NCBI GenBank assembly: GCA_051252135.1
Contig: JBPOGH010000007.1
Coordinates: 174,892 to 238,891 of the forward strand
DNA from: Verrucomicrobiaceae bacterium
GTDB taxonomy: Bacteria > Verrucomicrobiota > Verrucomicrobiia > Verrucomicrobiales > Akkermansiaceae
DNA: 64,000 bases
Direction: 5' to 3'
The notes under the pieces were generated by a model. The model was not told the origin of the DNA and ran no database searches. It saw nothing but the letters and a program-made list of their open reading frames with translations. A program made the translations under genes and the position numbers. Positions 49,124 to 57,018 of this stretch are shown one piece after another (within the stretch, counting starts at the first letter, position 1; the number at the start of each line of letters is the position of its first letter).

Positions 49124-49153
49124 TTGACAGGGGGAAAGGGGGATCGGTAGAAT
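49124..49153 (+). promoter_or_regulatory. Near-consensus sigma70 promoter facing the cassette array (Pc-like)
   Basis: TTGACA-18 bp-TAGAAT. Confidence 0.65.
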
Positions 49154-49238
49154 ATCCGGAGCCTGTGAAGGGGGAAATAGGGGGATGCATTCAATCCCAA
49201 CTCCGTTGGGCTAAATGATCCTTACTGTTCTCCAATAA

Positions 49239-49769
49239 ATGTCATCACCAATAAAACAAGAATTCCCCAATGGTTGTGGTTTGGCGTGTCTTGCTTGGAG
49301 TTTAGGTAAATTGGGGGGCAATATTTCTCAGGGTAAAATTTGTGAAATGGCTACTCCTCAATTTCCCAAATGGACTCAATCTGATTCAAGTGGTGTTGAT
49401 ACGAGAGGCGTGATGACTCGTTTAGAATTCTTGCGCCTAACAATGAGACTATTAAAGAATCCTCGGAATTATATACATACTCAATCCCATCAGGCGATGT
49501 TGAGTTTTTATCACGCAACTTCCCCACAATATCTGGCGGGATTTGTGTTGCATCGGAAACCAACCAACCATTTTTTATCAATTGAAGGGTTTCGGGATGA
49601 AGGTTGTCAGGTAATGTGTCCGTCTCAGTGTAAGTCATATTTTATTAATTATGGTGATTTAGAGGGAAATCATGATGCAGATTTTATGTTGTTTTCGGGT
49701 CCGTTCATTAAACCAAATGGAGAACAAGGCGTGGATGTTCAACAGGCTACGCCTGTGACATCACTTTGA
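49239..49769 (+). CDS. Cassette 1: putative C39-like (papain-fold) cysteine peptidase
   Basis: KQEFPNGCGLACLA (Q..C) and TNHFLSI (H); low GC; stop codon lies inside attC1. Confidence 0.55.
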   Translation: MSSPIKQEFPNGCGLACLAWSLGKLGGNISQGKICEMATPQFPKWTQSDSSGVDTRGVMTRLEFLRLTMRLLKNPRNYIHTQSHQAMLSFYHATSPQYLAGFVLHRKPTNHFLSIEGFRDEGCQVMCPSQCKSYFINYGDLEGNHDADFMLFSGPFIKPNGEQGVDVQQATPVTSL

Positions 49770-49777
49770 CGTTCTGC
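49719..49777 (+). mobile_element. attC-like site 1 (59 bp)
   Basis: GGAGAAC-AAGGC-GTGGATGT..ACAGGC-TAC-GCCTGT..ACATCAC-TTTGAC-GTTCTGC; AAC/GTT core with an extrahelical G. Confidence 0.8.
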
Positions 49778-49785
49778 AAAAAAAT

Positions 49786-51237
49786 ATGGGCGGCATACCA
49801 TCACCAGTCATTTGGATCATCGGGATCGGTCTCCTCGTAATAGTTGCAGTGGCCATTTTCAAGAATCGTGAAGATTCTCAATGGGGCTTTAAGGACGCTG
49901 TCAAGAATCCTGACTATTGGGATGCTGCCAGCCAAGCTCGTCAAGAAGCTGATGAGGCTGCCAAAGCCGCAAAGAATTGGAGTGATGACCAGGTTGCCTC
50001 AGCGGCGCGACATTTTGTCCTTGAGGTCACAACCAGTAGAGAAGCTTGGGGTGAAGCCCAAATCCTTCGAGAGCTAGGTCAGCGACCCCATCCTACAGTC
50101 CTTAAGTTACTCGGAGACGAAGATCTCTATGATCGGCTGGTGAAGCCAACTGGCGAAGACCTATTGGCTGAAGCCCCATTTAACCGAGCCTGTGACATTT
50201 TGGGCGACGCGCCCCCCAAGGAGGCGGTTGCAGCATTGGCACTGTTTCTAAACGATCCATCTGAACAGATACGGAAGGATGCAGCCTTGGCCATTGCCAA
50301 GACAGGAGCAGCCGAGATCATCCCTCATGTTCGGAAGGCATTCTCAGATACGGACGCGTATGTGCGCTCTTATGCCTTGATGGGACTGGAGTTCTCATTG
50401 AACCGAGATGGATTGGCAGACACCGTGCCGGGAGAACTGTTTTCGGACGTTAAAAACCTTCTCGAGAAGGGGAACAATTCAGATAAGGCAGCGGATATCC
50501 TTTTTCGTTTCAACTCAGAAGAAGCGATAGACTTCTTTCTTTCCTCAGAGGTATTCAGTGCAGATTCCCGTATCATTCACGAAGTGTTGGAGACACTGGC
50601 CGACGCCAAGGTGCCTGTTCAGAGAGAGCTTTTGCTCGGTTTGATCTCAGCACTGGATACGAGCGATTTTACGTATCCTCGGGCATACGCACTTGGAGAG
50701 GCTCTTCGATTGCTTGGTCAGATGCAGAACCCTGAGGACCGCGAATTCTTGTCTGCGAGACTTATCCATTCCGAAGACCGAGTAGCTGAGGGAGCTGCTG
50801 CCGGGCTTCTCTGCTCGCACGGTCTCGAAGGGTTTGAGCAGCGGATATGGGAGTCCGAAGAGAAGTCGGGATACGATTCATTGCCAGACCATCAGAGATA
50901 TTACAGCGCTGTTTTCATGTGTGACGCTGAGGTCAACAATGGTGGGTTGGCCCAGTATTTCGTGAACTCCAGCGGGGACAATTGGCGGGACGCCCTGGCT
51001 GGCCTTGAATCGATGGGCTCCACAGACCGTCTTGTCGTTGTGAGAGAGGCAATCTCACTTTTTGGATCTGATGGCCCTTCTGAGAATCGAGACAAGCGGC
51101 AGGATCAATTGAGCAAGCTCTACAAGAAGAATGATTCTATCTTTGATGCACTGGAGTCGCGCTACTACGATAGTGATGAGGTAATCGAAGTTCTTGCCAC
51201 AAGGTTTGTCCTCGCCAATCCCGACAGCTTCCGATGA
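49786..51237 (+). CDS. Cassette 2: membrane-anchored HEAT-repeat protein with C-terminal DMP19/DUF4375-like domain
   Basis: N-terminal TM, HEAT-like DPSEQIRKDAALAI and DTDAYVRSYAL, AEVNNGGLAQYFVNSSG motif. Confidence 0.75.
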   Translation: MGGIPSPVIWIIGIGLLVIVAVAIFKNREDSQWGFKDAVKNPDYWDAASQARQEADEAAKAAKNWSDDQVASAARHFVLEVTTSREAWGEAQILRELGQRPHPTVLKLLGDEDLYDRLVKPTGEDLLAEAPFNRACDILGDAPPKEAVAALALFLNDPSEQIRKDAALAIAKTGAAEIIPHVRKAFSDTDAYVRSYALMGLEFSLNRDGLADTVPGELFSDVKNLLEKGNNSDKAADILFRFNSEEAIDFFLSSEVFSADSRIIHEVLETLADAKVPVQRELLLGLISALDTSDFTYPRAYALGEALRLLGQMQNPEDREFLSARLIHSEDRVAEGAAAGLLCSHGLEGFEQRIWESEEKSGYDSLPDHQRYYSAVFMCDAEVNNGGLAQYFVNSSGDNWRDALAGLESMGSTDRLVVVREAISLFGSDGPSENRDKRQDQLSKLYKKNDSIFDALESRYYDSDEVIEVLATRFVLANPDSFR

Positions 51238-51247
51238 AAACCAAAAT

Positions 51248-51306
51248 GCAGAACGAGACGTGGGACATCAACGCGCTTCGCGCGTGAGTTCACTTTGACG
51301 GCCGGC
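51248..51306 (+). mobile_element. attC-like site 2 (59 bp, degenerate R' core)
   Basis: GCAGAAC-GAGAC-GTGGGAC..ACGCGC-TTC-GCGCGT..GTTCAC-TTTGAC-GGCCGGC. Confidence 0.75.
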
Positions 51307-51307
51307 A

Positions 51308-51772
51308 ATGAAACTCACTCCAGACGATATTGGGCGTTCATGCTGGATTGCTTATTTAGTAGCGATATTTCCGGCCTGTATAATTTGTGGATGGGGAGCA
51401 TTTCTGCTTGTAAGTGGTCTTTTCGATGCCCCTGTCGGTGTCGTTGAGACAGCTCCTGTCTCTGCGCTCAAGGAGTATACTTTAATGGTCACGGCCTGTG
51501 CTTTGCCATTTTTCTGGGTCCTCGGTGTAGCCTGTGCACATCGCTTCAACTCACGTTGGAGGTCCACACTTCCCTTTCTCGCGCATCTTATTCCGGTGAT
51601 GTTTTGGACCGTTGAGTTTTTTCCGTTTCCCTCTATCGAAGGCGAGGCTGAGCTAGCTCCGATTTTCTACTATTTGGCTGTCTGCTCCGCTCTGCTAGTG
51701 GTGGGGCTTATCTGTGCTGTTGTCGGCTCTATCCATCCGAATGCCGAACAAGTTGGCTTCCGTGGAAGTTGA
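51308..51772 (+). CDS. Cassette 3: four-TM hypothetical membrane protein
   Basis: Four hydrophobic segments; reads through the inverse core GCCGAAC at 51743-51749. Confidence 0.65.
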   Translation: MKLTPDDIGRSCWIAYLVAIFPACIICGWGAFLLVSGLFDAPVGVVETAPVSALKEYTLMVTACALPFFWVLGVACAHRFNSRWRSTLPFLAHLIPVMFWTVEFFPFPSIEGEAELAPIFYYLAVCSALLVVGLICAVVGSIHPNAEQVGFRGS

Positions 51773-51863
51773 GCCGCCTATTGTTTCGAACTGGAAGGCT
51801 ACAGGCTTCGTTTTGCAATCGGTTCTTGGTCCTTTACGAGCGTGATGGTGGACGGAGCTTGTT

Positions 51864-53183
51864 TCATTGGCCACTAACGCGGAAGTCGATGACGGTGATT
51901 TTTTTGCCTTGTTGGGCGATGGTGGAGGTCCAGCCGTCGTGGGCGGGGCGGTGGTGGTCTTGGGCGGGTTTGCAGTTCTGGAAGAGGGAGCGGGGGGCGG
52001 TGGTGATTTTTTGCCAGGTGGTTGAGGGGGAGGTGGGGAGTTGGTAGAGGGAGGCGTCGGCGAGGACGAATTGTTGGGTGGAGTTGGTGTGGACGAAGCT
52101 GCCCCGGGTGGGGGCGGGGGTTCGGGTCCATTTGGCGGAGGTGGGGTGGCGTTGGAAGTGGGCGGGGCGGCCGTCTTCGCCCCGGAGGAGGACGTGGATT
52201 TTTCCGGTGGGGTCGATGGTCATGGTTCCTCCGTTTTGGTAGCGTTTTCCGGAGGGGATGGGCCAGACGCTGATGCCGGGGGTGTCGGCGGTGATGGGGT
52301 TTTTTCCGCGTTGGGCGATGAGTTTGCCGTCGTTGTTTCGCCAGGTGGTGCCGTCGTCATCGCTGTAGGCGTAGCAGAGGTCGTGGCAGGTTTTGGGGTC
52401 GGGGGTGTCGCGCCAGCACCAGGTGAGGTGGGTGCGGCCTTTGTGGATGAGGAGACCGAAGGGGTAGGCGTTGACGGTGCCGTTGCCGCCGGACCATTGG
52501 CGGTCGATGATCTTGCTATCGGGCTCGGTGTTGATGATCCACTTGCCGGATTGGTAGGTGAAGAGGTGGGAGTTGGCGCTGCCGGATCCGCCGCCGAGTC
52601 GGAGGTAGAGGAAGAAGCGGGAGCCATCGGTAGTGAAGGAGGGGTAGGTGACGGAAGTGAGTTGGGGGCCGCCGAGGTTGTCCTTTACGGGGCCGAAGAG
52701 ATCGGCGCTCCAGGGGTGGGCTTCGGGATTTTGGGCGATGGGGAGCTTGCTGGTGCGGTAGCGGAGGGTGGAGAGGTGGTGATCGAAGGAGAGGTGGATG
52801 ACGCCATCCGGAGAGATGCCCATGGCGACCTTTTCATGGCCGTCGCCGAAACCTTGGGAGATTTTTCCGCCTTTGCCGCGGTTGCCTGAGGCGGTGCGTT
52901 GGTAGCCGGGGAGTGAGGCGACGGACCAATCGCCGGAAGGGAGTTGGCGTCGGGCGACGGAGACCTGGCGTTGGTCGTCCCAGTAGGCGGCGTATTGCCA
53001 GCCCTTGTGGGTCCAGAGTGAGCCGGGGCCGAAATTCCAGTCGGCTCCCTTGGCGACGATGTTTTTGGGCATGCCGTTATTTGAAACGGTGGAGATGCGG
53101 ATGTTGGGCTCGTCGGCGGAAGCGGGGAGGGGGTGGATGCCCAGAACGATGAGGACGGTGAGGAGGCGGCGCAGGATGAGCAT
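51864..53183 (-). CDS. BNR_4-type beta-propeller protein (possible polysaccharide lyase/hydrolase)
   Basis: Signal peptide, WQYAAYW, DGH..MGIS.DG.IHLSFDHH, TYP.F, HDLCYAYSDDDGTTW (Asp-box). Confidence 0.8.
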   Translation of the reverse strand: MLILRRLLTVLIVLGIHPLPASADEPNIRISTVSNNGMPKNIVAKGADWNFGPGSLWTHKGWQYAAYWDDQRQVSVARRQLPSGDWSVASLPGYQRTASGNRGKGGKISQGFGDGHEKVAMGISPDGVIHLSFDHHLSTLRYRTSKLPIAQNPEAHPWSADLFGPVKDNLGGPQLTSVTYPSFTTDGSRFFLYLRLGGGSGSANSHLFTYQSGKWIINTEPDSKIIDRQWSGGNGTVNAYPFGLLIHKGRTHLTWCWRDTPDPKTCHDLCYAYSDDDGTTWRNNDGKLIAQRGKNPITADTPGISVWPIPSGKRYQNGGTMTIDPTGKIHVLLRGEDGRPAHFQRHPTSAKWTRTPAPTRGSFVHTNSTQQFVLADASLYQLPTSPSTTWQKITTAPRSLFQNCKPAQDHHRPAHDGWTSTIAQQGKKITVIDFRVSGQ

Positions 53184-53249
53184 CGGGGAGGATACTTGAA
53201 GTGGGGCGGGGAGCTTTCGGGAATTGCGCCTCTTGAAGTGAGTCTTGGA

Positions 53250-54722
53250 TCAGGGCTCGAAGGTGTCGGTGCGGAAGGGGTAGGCCGGGAGGTCGGAGCC
53301 GTTGACGAGGTTGACCTTCGGCATTGCGGAGAAGGCGTAGCGGACGTAGAGGGGCTTCTTCATTTTTGGAGAGGTCAGGATGACGGAGCTTCCGCTGATT
53401 TTGGCTTCGGCTTGGACCCACTTTTGGGCGTCGTTGGCGATCCAGAAGGCGGTGGGGGCTTTGCCGTCGATGGTCTTGAGGCCGTCGGCGTGATTGAAGT
53501 GGACGACGATCTGGTTGTCTTTGACTTCGGCTTTTTGAAGGGCGGGGCCTTGGGCTTTGGTGGTGGCGAGGAGGGCGAGACGTTTTCCGATGGGGAGTTT
53601 GTCCTTAGGGTGAACGTTGGTGAGGTGGCCGAGGTCGATGGTGTTGGCGACGCCGGTGTGGGGGAGGTCGAGGGCTTTGAGCTGGGACTCGCGCATCCAG
53701 GCCCATGAGGGGGCGTCGGGATTTTCGGGGCCTTCCTTGATATCCTTGGCGTAGCCGGGGAGCATGACGACGAGGAAGTGGAGGTCCTCGCGTTGCCATT
53801 CCTTGCGATATTGTTGCATCCAGGCTTTGAGGGTGTCGCCGTATTTGAGCATGCCGGAGTTGCGGGAAAACCAGGGGTCTTTGAGCATGCCGTGCATCGA
53901 TTGGGTGTTTCGCTCGCCCTGATACCACGCGACTCCGCGGCAGCCGTAGGGAATGAGCGGATGGATCATGGCGTTGTAGAGGATGTTGGTTTGGCGGCGG
54001 AGGAAGACGTCGTCGTTCCGACGCCAAGGGCGGGGGCCGTTGAGGATAGCGGTGATTTTTTCGCGCGTTTCGGTGTCGGCGTCGAACTCCTCCATCATGG
54101 TTTTGAAATGAGGAACGGTCGCGGTCATTTCGCGGGGCATCCAGGCTTCGATCGAGGAGCTGCCCCAGCAGGTCTCGATGATGCCGACGGGCGCACCAGC
54201 GGCCTTTTCGAGGAAGTAGGCAAAGGAGAAGGCGACGGCGCTATCGGGATGCTGCTCGACCCACTGGCCCTCGCAGCGGTCTTCCTCTGTGAAGGAGACG
54301 GTGTTTTTGACTTTGAAGGTGCGGAGGTTTTTGGCGGATGGAACGAGGGCTTTGATGTCGGGGATGCCGCCGTGGCCCATCTGCATGTTTGACTGGCCGG
54401 AGCAAATCCAGACCTCGCCGACGAGGATGTTTTTGAGTTCGATGACGTCATCCTTACCATTGCTGATGGTGAGGGTGCGTGGGTCGTGAGAGGTGGGGAG
54501 GGCGTCGAGTTGGAGGTGCCATTTGCCATCGGCATCGGTGGTGACGGATTTCGACTGCGTTCCAAAGGTGACGGTGACCTTGCTTCCGGCGTCGGAAGTT
54601 CCCCAGACGGGAAGGGCTTGCTCACGCTGGAGGACGGCGTTGTCGGTGAAGGGGGAGGCGACGGTGAGGTCGGCGAGGAGCAGTCCGGGAGAGAGGATGA
54701 AGAGGGGGATGAGCGCTTTCAT
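53250..54722 (-). CDS. Sialate O-acetylesterase family (SGNH) esterase
   Basis: GEVWICSGQSNM, WGSSSIEAW, WYQGE, HPKDK, VRYAF, LPAYPFRTD. Confidence 0.92.
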   Translation of the reverse strand: MKALIPLFILSPGLLLADLTVASPFTDNAVLQREQALPVWGTSDAGSKVTVTFGTQSKSVTTDADGKWHLQLDALPTSHDPRTLTISNGKDDVIELKNILVGEVWICSGQSNMQMGHGGIPDIKALVPSAKNLRTFKVKNTVSFTEEDRCEGQWVEQHPDSAVAFSFAYFLEKAAGAPVGIIETCWGSSSIEAWMPREMTATVPHFKTMMEEFDADTETREKITAILNGPRPWRRNDDVFLRRQTNILYNAMIHPLIPYGCRGVAWYQGERNTQSMHGMLKDPWFSRNSGMLKYGDTLKAWMQQYRKEWQREDLHFLVVMLPGYAKDIKEGPENPDAPSWAWMRESQLKALDLPHTGVANTIDLGHLTNVHPKDKLPIGKRLALLATTKAQGPALQKAEVKDNQIVVHFNHADGLKTIDGKAPTAFWIANDAQKWVQAEAKISGSSVILTSPKMKKPLYVRYAFSAMPKVNLVNGSDLPAYPFRTDTFEP

Positions 54723-54727
54723 GGGGA

Positions 54728-56170
54728 CTACTTGTCGCGTTGGTGTCCGTCGACTTTGAGTTTGGCGTCGTCCCAGACGTGGGAGTCTTTCACGAGAGCG
54801 GTGTATTCCTTTTGGAAGAGGGCTTTCATTTCGGCGAACTTTTCGGGTTCGGCTTTGGAGAGGTCGTTGGACTCGTGGACGTCGGTGGAGACCTCGAAGA
54901 GTTGGTGGTCGGAGAGGGTGGCGTTTTTCACCTCCTCGGCGTTGGCGCTGGTGACCGAGATGTAGGTGCGGAGGTTGAGGCGGGCGAGCATCTTGTAGTC
55001 GCCGTGGCGCAGGGCGACGCAGCGTTCGTTGAGGGCGTTGTAGAAGACCCAGAGGAGGGGCTTTTCGCGGTCGAGGGGTTTTCCTTCGAGGAGATGCGGG
55101 AGGATGTTGATGCCATCGAGTTGAAGGTCGGCGGGCGGGGTGGTGCCGGCGAGTTGGCAGAAGGTGGGGAGGAAATCGAGGCTGGAGACGGGCTGGGTGT
55201 AGGTCTGTCCGGCGGGGATGGTGCCGGGCCAGCTGATGATGCCGGGGACGCGGAAGCCGGCTTCGGTGGTCCAGAGTTTCATGCCGCGCAGGGGGGCGGC
55301 GGAGCCGAAGGAATTCTTGGCGCGGCTGTAGCGCTTGAGGGTTTCGGGGCCGTTGTCGGAGGTGAAGATGACGAGAGTGTCTTGATCGAGCTTCATCTCC
55401 TTGAGGGTGGCGTTGAGCTTGCCGACGGCGGCGTCGAGGTTGGCGACGTTGGCAAAGTAGAGGGCTTCTTCTTCCTGGCGGGCGCTCTCGCGGTATTCCT
55501 TCACGAGGGGCTCGGGTGAGGCGATGGGCTCGTGGGGCTCGTGGAAGGCGAGGTAGAGGAAGAAGGGCTTTTCGGGAGATTCTTTTTTGAGGGACTTGAG
55601 CCAGCCGATCGCTTCATCGGTGGCGATGCCGCAGGAGAAGCCTTCGACCACGCCGACTGCTTTGCCGTTGCGGACGTAGTTTTTTGGATTGGCGTGAGAA
55701 GGGCTGGCGTTGTTTTGGGTGGCGAACCAGTGGTCGAAGCCGGCGGCATCGGGTTGGGGTTGGGCGGGGGAGTTGAACCTGCCATTGCAGTGCCATTTTC
55801 CGGAGAGGCAGGTGGCGTAGCCGGCTTTTTTAAGGAGCTGGGGAATGGTGATCTCGGAGGCGCGCATGTAGATGCCGCGGTTGCCGGGGATGAAGTCGTA
55901 AATGCCGGCGCGGTTGGGGCTGCGACCGGTCATGAGGCCGACGCGGGAGGGGGAGCAGACGGGGGCGGCGGAGTAGAAATCGGTGAAGCGAATGCCGTTT
56001 TTGGCCATGGCATTCAGGTGGGGTGTTTTGATGTGCGGGTGGCCGTAGCACTCGAGGTCTCCGTAGCCGAGGTCGTCGGTGAGGATGACGACGATGTTGG
56101 GCTTTTTAGTCGTGTCCTCTGCCAAGAGGGGGAGGGCGAGGAGAGTGAGAAGGGCGATGAGGGTCCGCAT
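54728..56170 (-). CDS. Cys-type sulfatase (arylsulfatase-like)
   Basis: KPNIVVILTDDLGYGD, CSPSR, GKWH, FTSDNG. Start set at ATG 56170 (MRTLIALL signal peptide). Confidence 0.93.
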   Translation of the reverse strand: MRTLIALLTLLALPLLAEDTTKKPNIVVILTDDLGYGDLECYGHPHIKTPHLNAMAKNGIRFTDFYSAAPVCSPSRVGLMTGRSPNRAGIYDFIPGNRGIYMRASEITIPQLLKKAGYATCLSGKWHCNGRFNSPAQPQPDAAGFDHWFATQNNASPSHANPKNYVRNGKAVGVVEGFSCGIATDEAIGWLKSLKKESPEKPFFLYLAFHEPHEPIASPEPLVKEYRESARQEEEALYFANVANLDAAVGKLNATLKEMKLDQDTLVIFTSDNGPETLKRYSRAKNSFGSAAPLRGMKLWTTEAGFRVPGIISWPGTIPAGQTYTQPVSSLDFLPTFCQLAGTTPPADLQLDGINILPHLLEGKPLDREKPLLWVFYNALNERCVALRHGDYKMLARLNLRTYISVTSANAEEVKNATLSDHQLFEVSTDVHESNDLSKAEPEKFAEMKALFQKEYTALVKDSHVWDDAKLKVDGHQRDK

Positions 56171-56253
56171 GATTTTGTTACCGTGTGGGGTTTGTTCGGT
56201 TTTCAAATCCTGCTGGATTTCTGGAGCTTGCAAAGCCTTTTAGCGGGTGCTTC

Positions 56254-56661
56254 TTAAGCGGATCCCCAGTCTTCCCATGCAAGGCCTTCGATCCGGGCAA
56301 AGTCACGGTGATTGAGGGTGGCGACGGTGAGGCCGTGGGAGGAGGCCGTGGCGGCGATGAGGAGGTCGAGGTCTCCGACTTGCTGGCCAATCTTCTTCTG
56401 GCGCGCTTTCATTTCGGAGAAACGCTTCCAAACATGCGCACCGGTTTCCAGGACTTCGAATCGGTCTTCCAGCAATTGGCGGTAGCCGCTCCAGAGTCGT
56501 TCGCTTCCGATTGCGAGAAGGCCCCATTCGATTTCAGCGGTGACGACAACGCTCGTCAGGCAGGATTGGTCGCCGACTTTTTTCCAGCGCTCAAGGGCAG
56601 TTGGATTGGGAGACTTTTTCAAGGGCTGTGAAAAGACCGAGGTATCGAGAAGCCATTTCAT
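56254..56661 (-). CDS. vapC: VapC/PIN-domain toxin
   Basis: LLDTSV, AEIEWG, DLDLLIAATA, TLNHRDF acidic PIN motif. Confidence 0.9.
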   Translation of the reverse strand: MKWLLDTSVFSQPLKKSPNPTALERWKKVGDQSCLTSVVVTAEIEWGLLAIGSERLWSGYRQLLEDRFEVLETGAHVWKRFSEMKARQKKIGQQVGDLDLLIAATASSHGLTVATLNHRDFARIEGLAWEDWGSA

Positions 56662-56930
56662 GAGGTCTCATCGAGTGGGTTGTCGGTGGCGGAGCTTCGC
56701 TCTTCCCAGACATCGGGGAAGTCGGCGTCTTCAGCTTCAGACTCGGCCTGCCAGCGCGAAGTAGCGGCGACAATGTCCTCCCGCTCGGATTGGCTTTCCG
56801 TGGGGACGGGCGAGATCACGACAAGGGCTTTCCCGCGCCTTGAGATTGTCACGGGAGTCCCGGAGGCGACGATTTCATCGCAGAGTCCCGGGAAGTGGGT
56901 CTTGGCTTCGAAAATTCCGACTGATTTCAC
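56658..56930 (-). CDS. Phd/YefM-family antitoxin
   Basis: GTG start, (M)KSVGIFEAKTHFPGLCDEIVASGTPVTISRRGKALVVISP; ATGA overlap with the toxin; acidic tail. Confidence 0.88.
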   Translation of the reverse strand: MKSVGIFEAKTHFPGLCDEIVASGTPVTISRRGKALVVISPVPTESQSEREDIVAATSRWQAESEAEDADFPDVWEERSSATDNPLDETS

Positions 56931-56936
56931 AATATG

Positions 56937-56965
56937 AACCAACCATCCATATGGTTGGTTGTCAA
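56937..56965 (-). promoter_or_regulatory. TA operator palindrome overlapping the promoter
   Basis: AACCAACCAT-CCAT-ATGGTTGGTT perfect 10-bp inverted repeat next to a minus-strand TTGACA (56965-56960). Confidence 0.7.
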
Positions 56966-57018
56966 GTGCTTGGTTGGCGACTAGACTGCAGGGAGGGAAA
57001 CAAAAGCTAAGGGCTATT

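Larger units (their letters stand above)
49227..51800 (+). mobile_element. Integron-like gene cassette array without an adjacent integrase (CALIN-like), three cassettes
   Basis: Three co-oriented lower-GC ORFs separated by 59-bp attC-like hairpins; the 5' core of each cassette is the reverse complement of its own 3' inverse core. Confidence 0.8.

Noticed and set aside
49205..49211. GTTGGGC as the start core of cassette 1
   Set aside because: It fits GTTRRRY but does not pair with the cassette's inverse core GGAGAAC, whereas GTTCTCC at 49227 does exactly. It may still be part of an attI-like site.
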